Shown here piece after piece: positions 13,330 through 24,983 of a stretch of 43,378 bases of DNA. The stretch's first letter is position 1. Each line of letters starts with the position of its first letter. This DNA comes from Batkoa obscura. Its lineage: Eukaryota. The translations under genes were made by a program, and so were the position numbers. The notes beneath the pieces were generated by a model. That model saw only the letters and a list, made by a program, of their open reading frames with translations, made no database searches and was not told the origin of the DNA. Location: contig JASVEC010000139.1 in NCBI GenBank assembly GCA_030770535.1, forward strand, positions 1 to 43,378. The letters are read 5' to 3'.

Positions 13330-14066
13330 GTATAGTTAATAGGGTAGAGAAATTTTGTTTTAAAGCCAAACGAGAGAAAAACATGCTTTATTATAATTAA
13401 AAATAGATTTTATAGGATTTAGGGACATCATTGAGAGATTAAATATATGTAAAGTCAAGACAAATAAGTAAATGAACTAATAAACTAGATAATTAAAATA
13501 GTATCTAAGGAGTAACAATGGGGCCAATAATAAAAAGTAGCTGTCTGTAGTAGAACACTTTTGAAAACACTCATCACAGATTAACATCACTTTTACTACT
13601 GATTAAAAAAGGCGGAAAAAGATAATGGATTACATGACTGAAAATCAAAATCATGAGTTCTAAAGTCTATGACATCAAGATAATAGACAAGTACTTAAAA
13701 GCTATAGTATCTAATGAGACCAATGAGTTTCATAAACACTTTAATTAAAAGATTTATGATGGAATATTTATAGCAATAATAGAATTAAATACGAAAATAA
13801 AGAAATGAGACAAATTAGCACCGTTAAATAATATTTCTCTTCTGTAACAAAAGCCTAAATTTAAAATAAACTATTGTCTTACAATAATTGTCTATACCTT
13901 GAAATAACATATTTCTCGCTCCTATTTTGCTTTTTTTCATAGTTCTTACTTTGCCTTTATTCGGGCCTTTTATAAGTAAAGCACCTTGAGTGCTTAATCT
14001 TTCAAGGATTAGAAAAAGCATAAATAAATAAGGGAAAATAGAGATTAAAAATAGATATGAAATAAT

Positions 14067-15122
14067 TTAAATTTTTAGTTTTAAACATTTAAAAAAAGAA
14101 TTCTGAATCGGTTGATGGATCAATAAAATAAAACAAGAGGAAGTGAGTCCTAAACAGAGTAAAAAGCAATTGGAATAAAATGAAGTGTTCATATTAAAAT
14201 CTGTTTGGGTCAAACTTAATAATGTTATAGTTACGTCTGGCAATAAGCATAGCATATAACTTATCATTACTACACTAATTTTCAAGATCAATTTGACTTT
14301 TTTTAACCTTAATTGATTGACTGTTAGTGGTTGAAACTCATTTGGGTTTAGGTGAATTATGTTTTCCGATCTTTCGTGGATTAGTGTTCGTCTACCTGAA
14401 GTATTACAATTTATGATATTAAATCCTATGTTATTGGTATTACATTCATTATGTTTATGTTTCTTGTGAAATAAGTTGGGGTTACCACAGGTAGCATTAA
14501 CGATAACTGAGGAATTAATGTGTTTAAAATAGGCAAACATAATGTTCGAATAACAAAAACAGATGGTAAACAAACACATTAAAATTCTTAGTGAATAAAT
14601 CAAATAAAAAAATATATAGTAAGGCGTATTATTCTTCTCAACACTGATACTTGGTACACAATAAAAATCTGATTTGGACCATGAATAAGAGTTGTAATAA
14701 CTATGTAAACTTGATAATATAATAGATAAAATCACCAATAATATCATAAAGGTATAATAATTATAGGAATCTATTTTTTTAAATAAACAAATTTTGTTAT
14801 ATCTAATAATACTTAACAAAGCAACTAGTTCAATAGATGTAACTACAGTAGTAATCACAGCACTGAAATTGAAAGCACAATAACAAGTTGTAACTGGCAA
14901 CAATAATTCATTATTAAATTGAATTAAGTCATACTCAATTATTATTATATGGGAGATGGCTAGTAGATAGTAGATAATATCATTTATAATGATTAACAAA
15001 ACAATTATTAGATCTAGCTTGTTTTTTGGTTTTAACTTGAATACGATTATACTACCTATTAATAAGTTTATTCCTATTGAAATAAGAGATATCAATAAAT
15101 AAACAACATATTCGATTTCCAT
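14067..15122 (-). CDS. Class A-like 7TM GPCR (locus F)
   Basis: ORF 14067-15128 with first ATG at 15122 (MEIEY); CYC..IIRY, FYCVP, CFCY, CLLPD, GLTSSCFILLIHQP. Confidence 0.92.
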   Translation of the reverse strand: MEIEYVVYLLISLISIGINLLIGSIIVFKLKPKNKLDLIIVLLIIINDIIYYLLAISHIIIIEYDLIQFNNELLLPVTTCYCAFNFSAVITTVVTSIELVALLSIIRYNKICLFKKIDSYNYYTFMILLVILSIILSSLHSYYNSYSWSKSDFYCVPSISVEKNNTPYYIFFYLIYSLRILMCLFTICFCYSNIMFAYFKHINSSVIVNATCGNPNLFHKKHKHNECNTNNIGFNIINCNTSGRRTLIHERSENIIHLNPNEFQPLTVNQLRLKKVKLILKISVVMISYMLCLLPDVTITLLSLTQTDFNMNTSFYSNCFLLCLGLTSSCFILLIHQPIQNSFFKCLKLKI

Positions 15123-15475
15123 TGTCACAATAATAGATCACTAAAGGTTATGTTTTTTTTGAATTTATAGCCCTTCCCAAATGTTTTGCATTAATTAATT
15201 ATGCAAGTAAAACCTAAAACCAAAGTTGGCTAATTTCACCTTCTATATTTCAAATTGAAATTAAAATTAAAATTAAAATATGAGTACTTTATACTAAATT
15301 AAGCTTTTTAATAAAATTATCAATCGTTGATAACACTCTGTTTTCCTTATAACAAAACTTTATTTTCATTAAAATTAATTGTACTCAAAAAAACTTAATT
15401 TTAGTTAGCATAAATAAAGATTAATCTGTTTCAAATTAAGTTTTATTTTAAAATAATTAAGTATTGTTTTTTTAA

Positions 15476-15710
15476 TGTATTTATACTGAGGTATATACAA
15501 TGATTCTAATTCAAAATAAAGGGATCTAAGCTGAGTTTCAGATAAGTAAGTTCAATTACCAGACCTGATAGTATAGATAGAGAGTTAGTATGTCGTCATT
15601 CGCATATAAATCTATCAACTAGGTCTAAGACGTGTTTGTTTTCTAGTTAGTGAAGCTTTCTATCTTTTTATACTTTACTAATTTGTTTCGATTTACTTTT
15701 TAATAATACA
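15476..15710. mobile_element. Possible solo LTR (235 bp)
   Basis: TGTATT...AATACA inverted termini; 5-bp flanks TTTAA/TTTAG (one mismatch); internal CATATAAAT TATA-like box; not part of the shared spacer homology. Confidence 0.4.
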
Positions 15711-16373
15711 TTTAGATGTATATTGGTTTGGATTATTAAAGTAATAAGATCTTATCTAACTTTTATCATAGCTGCATATTTATTGTATAATTTTGGGTAT
15801 TTAAATAGATATTAAATACAGTAATCAAAGTCATTACAGTAAAAACAATAATAAAATTAATACAACATATTAAGTTTTTAAATACTATTCTTCTACGTTT
15901 ATGGTAGTAAGATTAGTATATTGATTTTTCTATAAGTCAAGTTCATTTTGACTAAGACTCTAGAAACTTCTATTGAATTACTTTGTATTTTGTTTAATTT
16001 TAATTTCAATTAGTATCAAAAAATCAGAATTTTGTCCAATTTTTATTCTACAATCAGTCATAATTAGTTTAGTAACTCTGTAAGAATCAGATTTTAAATA
16101 ATGCAATAATATTTTAAGATTTTGACTAAAATTTTTGAAAAGGTGATCAATTATAAAAAAACACATATTTTAATCAAAAGCTGATAATACTAATTTTGTT
16201 TTACTATTTACTCCCTTTTCACCAGTAATATTAAATATATGGTAAGTAGTGATAATGAAAAAGCTTGTTAAAGGGGCTTTAACCATAAGAATGACATTAC
16301 TAACGCAGCAACCAAAAAACAATAGGCTGAAAAAAAGGATAAGAGTTAAAAGAAAAATAGTAAAATAGTAAAT

Positions 16374-16470
16374 GGGGGTGGATTTTTTTGTTTAAGAATT
16401 TTACTACAACCTTTCCACTCAAATAGTGCTTAAAAAATGGAAAAATAATGAAACCAAAAAAAACAGCCCC
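16374..16470 (-). mobile_element. MITE copy 6
   Basis: GGGGGTGGATTTT...AACAGCCCC; perfect TSD AAAT. Confidence 0.9.
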
Positions 16471-16699
16471 AAATCATGAATAAATATCCTATAATATCAA
16501 GAGAATATGAAAAGTATAGGATTTAAGAGAAATAATGATAGTTAATATTAATATCGCTAACAAAATGATTATAAAAACAACAATATTAGAAAACAATAAA
16601 GAGGCAAAGAAGAGTAGTTAGTTTTAATACATATATCTAATATTTCAGGAGAGAATCCTCAAGTTAAATGTTTTAGTTAAGTAAGGAGAGATAAATAAA

Positions 16700-17700
16700 C
16701 TTTTCAATTAATAAAATAGAACATTAAGGGGTGAGCCCTAAGCAAAGTAAAAAATTATTGAAATATATAGTAATATGGGCATCAAAATCTGCTTTTGCCA
16801 AAATTAATACATTTACTATTAGATCCGATAATAAGTATAAGGTATATTTTACCATTACTATGCTTGTTTTCAAGATCAATTGATCCTTTTTAGACCTTGA
16901 TTGATTGCCAATAACTAAGATTGGTTTAATTTTGGTTGAAAATAACTTGTTGACTTTATTGAGCTTTCACTAGCTCATTGGATCCACCATCAGCCATAAG
17001 GCTATACTGCTCCCTACTATCATTATTGTCATTAGAACGATAGTTACTAAGGCATAGATTTGAGTCCAAAGTGGCATTATTAAGAGCAATACAAAGGTTC
17101 ATTATCCTACTATAAGTAAAAGTTATGTTTGTATAATAAAAGCAGATGGTAAGCAAGCAGAGTAAAATTCTTAACGAATAGATCAAAAAATAAAATAGAT
17201 ACTAAGACTTGTTATTTTTCTCAATATTGATACCTGGTAAGCAGTAAGAGTCGAACTCATCTCATGAACATGACTTATAAGAGCTATCCAAACTAGATAA
17301 TACAATTAATGTTATAGCAGATAATGTCATAAACATATAACAAGGAATTTGTGCTGCTTCTTTAAATGAGTGGATATTCTTGTGTTTTATAATACTCAAT
17401 AAATCAACTAGCTCAGTGGAATTATTAATGATACTATTTATTAAAACAAAAGTGAAGGAACAATACCAATTTGGACCGGATAGCTGTGGCCCATTATTAA
17501 ATACGATTACGCCATACACAACTATGTTTATATACAAGATGACAATTAGATAAATGATAATACCAATAAAAGTGATCATTAATATTATTGTTGACTCTAA
17601 ATTACTACTTATGATTAATTTATATAGGATTACATTTAATATCAATGAGCTTATTAGCAACGAAATTGATAAGATTTTTAATTATGTTTTCAATGACCAC
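16700..17700 (-). pseudogene. Class A-like 7TM receptor pseudogene (locus G)
   Basis: Start ATG->GTG by alignment with locus J. Pieces 17262-17660 (NWYC, TELVDLLSIIKH, W->TGA stop) and 16956-17186 (YSLRILLCLLTICFYY), plus a degenerate TM7 (CLGLTP*CSILLI). Confidence 0.9.
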
Positions 17701-18631
17701 TGTTATCTAAAAGTAAAAGTAAAAGTAAAACTTATTTTGCTTTATTTATTTACGTATTTTAAGTGACTATATTGTTTTAAATTATTAAAGTATCCTTTTA
17801 AACTAATTTTCAAAAAATCTGTTTTCTATCCTTGAGATTAAAAGGCTCCTAATATTCTATTAATGTATAAAAGTAAATTGAACTAATGTAAAGGAGAGCA
17901 AATAATAAGATGGATAACCACTTTTAACTCTACTACTTGCCATTAATCAGTTATAGTCTAGACAAGCTTATTGAAAAAGCAAGGCAGCCATTTTGTTTAA
18001 AATCTAAACAAAAGAAGAAGGACTATTCTTACAACCTAAACGAGCTTAAACAAAGATGTATCTTTATCATAGGATTTTAAATAAAACAGTTTCTTATTAA
18101 TGATGTAAGGAGCTATAATCAACATAAAGATGTTGGTTGGAGTTCAAATAGAAGATAAAACATTCAAAACAATTAATGAATCAGATAATAGAGGTGATGG
18201 TTTAAAGAACAGTAATGAAATTTAAATGAAAAGTATGTATCAACGACAATAAGCTTTAGAAAACATTGTTTTAAAAATGTTACTGTTTCTTTTACTAATT
18301 AATAAAAAAAGGACATGTTTAGTATTTTGTTAAATAAAGCGAGAGTTTAAGATTATTTTCAGATTTTTGAAAAAATCATTAAGATAGAAAGGATGAAATA
18401 AAGTATGAAATAATAAAAAACTAAATAATAAATCATGAGTTTGTGATTTAAGAAATTGAATAAATCAAAGAGAGATGCGACTTGAGTAAAGTGGTAGCAC
18501 TTGTTAGCAAAACTATTGAAATAAAATATAATGTGTTACTGAGAACAATATTAATATAATAAAAAAATAACAAAGGAAAAAGAAAAAATTAGCATTATTA
18601 AAATGAATCAACTATTTCCAAAAAAACATAT

Positions 18632-18730
18632 GAAGATATTTTTTTTGATTTCATCACTTTTTGCATTTTTCAAGTGCTATTTGAATGGAAAGATTGGTAG
18701 TAAAGCTCTTGAACAAAAAAATACAGCTCC
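18632..18730 (+). mobile_element. MITE copy 7
   Basis: GAAGATATTTTTTTTGATTTCATC...ATACAGCTCC; flanks ATAT/ATGT. Confidence 0.85.
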
Positions 18731-19309
18731 ATGTATTAAAAGACTTCCCCGTTAAACAAAAGGGGATGAGGGATCTAACATTACAATAAAAAAGGTTGCT
18801 ACAAGCAATATCAATTTATTTTAGTTTGAAACAAATAAAGAGGTGTTTTCGAATCAGCTGATGGATTAGCAGAATAAAACATAAAGAAGTAAGAGCTAAA
18901 CATAATATCAAACAAAGTGAAAAATAATGCAGAAACTTAGATTTGTGTCTGCCAAGCACAATAAAGTTACTATCACGTCTGGGAGCAAATATAATATATA
19001 CTTTATAATCACTACGCTTGTTTTAAAATTAATTCAACTTTTTTTAACCTCCACTGTGTAACTTTTGGTGGTTTAGACATGTTGAGATTTAGATGAAGAA
19101 TGGCGTGTTGCTTTTGCTGCGACATCAGTAACCTACTCGCTTGTTTGCTTTTAAATATCATAGTTTACCCCACTGATATTATTACCATTATTAAACTGTA
19201 AGTTATTATAACATGAATTTGAGTTGTGATAATTAGGTATATTACATAATACAAGTGATATTATAATGGATAATTTTATTAGCATACAATAATATATTGA
19301 TGTTACTTC

Positions 19310-20865
19310 TTTTTTTACAGAAGTACGTATTTATGGTAGTGTTTATTTTGAAAGAAAGAAAAAATCTACTCAACAAGATATATTAGGGATAATAAAGAAA
19401 GGTAAAAACTTTAGCATCAGTTGAAGCTTTTGGGTCAAAACGCCCTACTTCAAGAATTCTTCTATCAATTTTGGATTCATTCAATCTAAAAGTCATTAAA
19501 AAGGGTTTACTAATAATAAAATGTTTCCGTTTGAAAATAAACAAAGCCATAAGAACTGAATCACACTTCTTTCTAAATGTCACTTTATAACAAAGTCTAT
19601 TGATAATACAAACTACAGGTATTGTAGTAAGAGGGAGTTAGGGGTTGGAACAAAGTAGAAGCAAATTAGGAATGAAAGATGAGTTGTTGCCGCACATGAT
19701 GTCATCACTATTAATAATATTATCTACAATTTAAGAGACAGTTAGCTAAATTCTCTGGATGTAGGCGCAGTTGAAGAAATGGTGATCGGAACAATCATTA
19801 GAATCCATACATTATAGGCAGGATGGAGAGGCAATATCATCATATGAAGCTACTTAGTAATATGTATAGAAGCCATCTTCTATGGTTCTCTAGAGCGCTA
19901 GGCCTAATCTGGGATTGGGAGTCTCGTTGTTAAAATTATATACCCCTCGAGATAAGATGGTATTTTTAGGAGGTCTTAAGACATTATAGGATCCTTTATT
20001 GACACGGACAATAAAGCCATTCAAGAATTTATAATCGTTTTTTTTGCAATTCTACACAATGTCTGATAACTTTTAATTAAAGCCTTGGATCATGAGGAAA
20101 GAATTCTGGATCCAGGTGGCGAATATAAACAGTTAGTGGTGCTTTTAGGAGCCTTTTTAATGGGTACTGCATGAGACCATAAGCCAACAAAACCTTATTA
20201 CTAAAGTGCTTCAAAGCTATCTCCGAAGTATCTGACCCAGGATTTCTGAATCAACAAGTAATTCATGAATCAAGGAGAAAGAAACTCAAAGCCTTTATCG
20301 GTTTTGAATGTTACCAGTTTTCTAAATAAGATTTTAAATCGTTTATTATTCCGAATCAAGGAAGTGGCTACTTTTTTGATTTTTTTAATGTCTGGAAGGA
20401 CAAGAAGGCAAATGTGAAGACAGTACCACAAAACCGAAAGAGTGTCATTGTTGATAAGCAGTACTCTTTCTTTTAATGAAACATTTTTAATATTCCAGCT
20501 TACTAATTTTGATTCAAAGCAGGAAATACAAGAGTTCATCATAAAGCTGTCTTTAATACCTAAGTGAGAAATATATATATCTAAGTGACCTATATCATCT
20601 CCTTGATCACATACTGGTACATTATAGTCAAGATTTGGGTTAAAGTTTAGAGCCTGGGATTTATCTGTGTTTTTAATGCCCCTAATAGCTTTAGTAAATG
20701 ATCGCCAGGTAAGTTCATTCAAACCAGAGTCACTTTAGAGCTCAGATCAATATATCTGTCCCCTGCAAAAGTGGCTACTTTAAACACCGAAGTTTGTGAC
20801 AGAAGATGGAAGCCTTTTAAGTTATAATTAAGATAGCTAAAGATATGGTTTGTACTAATTATCCA
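19310..20865 (-). mobile_element. 5'-truncated, decayed non-LTR retrotransposon (L1/Tx1-like)
   Basis: RT-end motif KVATFAGD (FADD-like); thumb region KLVSW..SLKERVLLINNDTLSVLWY; C-terminal CL*C....DCSDHHFFNC zinc knuckle at ~19760-19825; AATAAA and a short A-tail at ~19310-19350. Confidence 0.8.
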
Positions 20866-20885
20866 TATGAAAATTTTTAGTATAT

Positions 20886-20983
20886 GGGAGTGTTTTTTTG
20901 GTTTCATTATTTTTTCCATTTTTTAAGCGCTATTCGAGTGGAAAATTTATTAGTAAAGTTCTTAAGCACAAAAATGCATCCCC
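20886..20983 (+). mobile_element. MITE copy 8, inserted at the RY codons of locus H
   Basis: GGGAGTGTTTTTTTGGTTTCATT...TGCATCCCC; flanks ATAT/ATAC. Confidence 0.9.
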
Positions 20984-22288
20984 ATACCTTGTAATCTTAA
21001 TAAAGCAGTTAACTCGATAGTAATAATGAAGTTGTTTATTAAACTAAAGTTTGGAAGGCAATATCAATATGAATTAGATAATTATAGCTTTTCATTAACT
21101 ACAGTTACGCCATAATCAGCTAATGCTAAATATAATACAGTCGCAGGATAGAGAATGATACCGTTGGCAGTTATTAATATTTTGATTAGTCCCATTTGTT
21201 TTTAATTTTGTTTTAAAGATAGATATGGTAATTATTAGTAGACTTGTTAGTAGCAAAATTGTTGAGATTACCAAGTAAACTCCATCTTCTATGTTGTTTA
21301 CTATCATTATAAAATTAAATATAGTTTTCATTCGTAGATGTTCTAAATTAATTGTGCTATTAGATATAATTATATAAATATTTTTTTAAATTTATTGAGG
21401 CTAAAAATAAATTAGCTCCGAAAATGCTCCACTAATGGGTTAGTCCCGTAAATTAACTGACTTGCATGTTTATTCCTCCGTATTGTAGCTAATAAAGTAC
21501 TTGGTGCTTCGGCATTTATTTTTTTAAACCAAATGAATCGTGGTGTTTATTCATTATAAAAAGTTGGGCTTCAGTATTTTAAAAAATAAGGGCTCAATTA
21601 AAGAGTTAATTCATAATATACTATCACTAAGATATTATTGGTTCTATATCCTTAAATAAAGTAAAACTTTTAAGTGCTTTACCATATTACACAAAAAGAG
21701 GATTAGCACAAAGAAGGTTCAAAAAGAATATTACCTTTACATTTTTATCATTTACCACTTGCCCAATTGTAGCCTAGATAAATGTGTTTTCCCTATAGAG
21801 TTTTTATCAAAAAAGACAAAATTTATACGAAATAACCTTTTAAATATTACTAAAAAGGCATAAAAATCTGATTGTTTAAAGCAATCAAGTAGGGCAGCTA
21901 TTGTTACAAATAAAGTGAGTCAAAATAAGAATAAATTGGTAATACAAAGGCATTTATCGAGATTCAAAGTCAACAAAAAGTAGAAACATTTAACAAACTG
22001 GATAATAAAGATTTTACTTTAGATAATAATGGCGAGGTTGGGACGAAATGAGTCTATTACTAATAATACACTATTTGTAAAATTACGAGTGCCCATACTG
22101 GTAACTAGTAAGTAGGAAAGCTTAACAAATGTACTATAAAATAATTAGGTAATGAAATGATGTACTATTTAGTTTATGGCTCTACAATGTTGAAGTAATA
22201 TGAAAGTCTAGAAGATTTAGCGAGACAACTGCAACTGATAATATAATTATCGAAGTGATATATGATACGATGCTTAAAATGATGGTAT

Positions 22289-22381
22289 GGGGATGTATTT
22301 TTGTGTTTAAGAATTTTGTTAACAAGTTTTCTGCTCAAATAGCGCTTAAAAGACAAAGTGATGAAATCAAAAAAAACTTTC
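22289..22381 (-). mobile_element. MITE copy 9
   Basis: GGGGATGTATTTTTGTGTTTAAG...; flanks GTAT/ATAT. Confidence 0.85.
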
Positions 22382-22544
22382 ATATTGTAACCAAAAATGT
22401 CAAAAAGTCATATAAAAGTTTGTATCTAAAAAATTATTATAATTAGATTTATTATCCTTGTAAAAGTAAGAGGAAAAAACCCTCTAATTAATCAATGGAA
22501 GACTTTGTACTATTTAAATAAAAAAACAACAGTGTTAATCTTAA

Positions 22545-23600
22545 CTATTTAATTTTGAACATTTTAAAAAAAGAATCTTGGATCGGTTGATGTATTAATA
22601 GAATAAAACATGCAGAAGTAAGCCCTAAGCATAATACTAAACAGTCAGAATAAAAAGTAGTATTCTTATTAAATTTTGGGTTTACTAAACACAGAAACGT
22701 TATTATTACATCCGGTAACAAACATAACATATAACTTATTAATATCACACTTATTTTTAAAGCTAATTTGGCTTTTTTTAAGCTTAACTGAGTAGCTGTC
22801 GACTGAGATTTGTTTGGGTTTTCTGAGAATACAGTTTCTTGCTTTTTTTGTGTGATTGCTAGCTTGTCAACTCTAACATTGTTTGTAAAGTTAGATTGTA
22901 AATTGCTCTTATTCCCATTATCATTATCAAATTGATAATCAGTAAAACGTGTATTTAAACCTGTGGAATAAGTATTAAGAATGATAGAAGGGTCCATTAT
23001 TTTAAAATATGCAAGAGTGATCTTTGAATAACAAAAACATATGATGATTAAAGAAAGTAAAATTCTTAACGTATAAATAGAAAAGTAGAATAGAAAATAG
23101 TCCCTGTTGTTATTCTCAATACTGATACTTGGTAAACAAAAAAAGTCTAGCTCATGTATTGAATATGAGTTATAATAACTATGTAAACCAGACAATATAA
23201 GTGATAACATAATGGATAACACAACTACTATGTAATAATTCATTGATGTTACTTCTTTATATAAGCATATCTTACTGTACCTTATAATACTTAATAATGC
23301 AGATAACTCAATGGAAGTAATCTCAGTAGTAACTACAGCGCTGAAATTAAAAGCACAATACCAAGCAGGAACTGATAGCGATGGTTTATTATCGAATTGA
23401 ATCAAGTCATGTTTGATTATGATTATATGCGAAATGGTTAATAGATAAAAAACAATGTCATTTATAGTAATAAATAAAATGATTATTAGATCTAACTTAT
23501 TCTTTAACCTCAGTTTGAATACTATTATACCACTTATTAATAAGTTCATCACTATCGAAATGAGAGATATCAACAAATAAATAGTGTGTTCGGCTTTCAT
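22545..23600 (-). CDS. Class A-like 7TM GPCR (locus I)
   Basis: 351 aa with WYC..IIRY, FFCLP, CFCY, CLLPD, GLTSACFILLIHQP. Confidence 0.92.
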   Translation of the reverse strand: MKAEHTIYLLISLISIVMNLLISGIIVFKLRLKNKLDLIIILFITINDIVFYLLTISHIIIIKHDLIQFDNKPSLSVPAWYCAFNFSAVVTTEITSIELSALLSIIRYSKICLYKEVTSMNYYIVVVLSIMLSLILSGLHSYYNSYSIHELDFFCLPSISIENNNRDYFLFYFSIYTLRILLSLIIICFCYSKITLAYFKIMDPSIILNTYSTGLNTRFTDYQFDNDNGNKSNLQSNFTNNVRVDKLAITQKKQETVFSENPNKSQSTATQLSLKKAKLALKISVILISYMLCLLPDVIITFLCLVNPKFNKNTTFYSDCLVLCLGLTSACFILLIHQPIQDSFFKMFKIK

Positions 23601-23850
23601 TATTATTATGAGTGATCAATCAGTATTTTCTTGTTTTTATATTCTTTTTAATTCTTTTTGATTCTTTTGCATTAATTAATTCGCTAAAGATAGTATAAAC
23701 TAAGGTTTTAATAAATTCTCACTTTAGTATAATATAAATTTAAATTGAGATATTAGATAAATTCCTTTATGCTATTAATATTTACATACATGAACGGAAG
23801 TAAATTGCCCATTATAATAGAGGGTGTTTTTAATCACTAACATAGTTGTG

Positions 23851-23946
23851 TTTTTTTAAATTATTCAGCCAAATTTTTCCTTTATTTGGAAAAGGCTTCT
23901 TTAGGTATCTCAAATAAAGGAAATTTTTGGTTGAATAATTTAAAGT
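23851..23946. repeat. 96-bp hairpin element flanked by 9-bp direct repeats (MULE-like MITE candidate)
   Basis: TTTAAATTATTCAGCCAAATTTTTCCTTTATTTG / CAAATAAAGGAAATTTTTGGTTGAATAATTTAAA form a ~34-bp inverted repeat. ATAGTTGTG occurs at 23842-23850 and 23947-23955. Confidence 0.6.
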
Positions 23947-24983
23947 ATAGTTGTGAAGAGCAAAGCTATTCTATTTGAGTTTAACAGAATGCACTTGTAG
24001 CTTTAGAACTTAAGGTTTTCAAAAAAGAACAAAATTATTCTCAACTAAAAGTAACTTTTTACTGCAGCTAATAATATGTCTATTTTTATATGCATAAACA
24101 TCCGTAGCATAAATGGACCTATCCACTATAATAAATTACAAAATTAGTAAACATACGCCTTTTCTGAAAACATTTGGCATGGTTTATAATAATGAAAGCA
24201 TAGTTTTTATGTTGTTTTGTTGAAATATCAAATTTAATTAACAGATAAATATGAGCACCAAATAGTAGGTTATCAATAGATAAAAATAGTCTTTTTTAAA
24301 AAAAGGTTATATTTTCCCTACTGGTTGGAACTTAATTTCAGTTTTATTACAACTCCTTATTTAGTTCCTTAAAATCCTTCATTGTTTGTTTCTACTGGAA
24401 TCTGGGTCTTACATAGAATATTTTATAGTGTAAAATTCAAAGCTATTGACTTGTCACCCCTATTTTGGTCCTGGTTATTTAATGAAAAACATTAGCTTTT
24501 TGTGGAAGTAGATATGCTTTCATTGTTGGTTCTCAAACTAAATATAGTCCTAAATAGTTATACAGCCATTTTTTTCTGCCTGAGGTTTTAGGATTGACTT
24601 TTCTTTACATTCTTTTAGTTATGTTTTTTAGAGACAAATCACTGCTTTGCTTTTAAGCATAATACGTTTTAAAAATAAGTGTATCTTCAAATTACATTAT
24701 TTGATTTAATTGAACTGTTATTTTATCAGACTAAAGTAAAATAAATTAATATTTCAGTTATATAGTGTGGTTTTTATTTGCTTTTCTTTATCATATATTA
24801 AAATTTTTGAAATTATTTTTGTAGCTACTGTAATTTTAGATATAATTTAGTATCAATGGCTTTAAAGTAAAAAATACTAAAAAATTAGTATCAATAAAGC
24901 TGATGTGATAAAACCTTTATATCTCAGGGAAAATATTTAATTTAAATGCTTTAAACAAATAAATAAAATATTTTTTTATTTAA

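Larger units (their letters stand above)
18816..21307 (-). pseudogene. Class A-like 7TM receptor pseudogene (locus H), split by a LINE and a MITE
   Basis: The 5' part (~20866-21307) encodes TM1-TM3 (YLVISTILLLTSLL; IELTALL). The 3' part (18816-~19312) encodes KEVTS, TM4, the loop, LLPD and HQLIRKHLFICFKLK*. ECL2-TM5 appears deleted near 19220. Confidence 0.8.

Noticed and set aside
24300..24700. Spacer segment lacking the usual homology, with a PKTSGRKK-like minus-strand peptide
   Set aside because: Possibly a transposon relic, but there are too many stops and no termini or catalytic motif were found.
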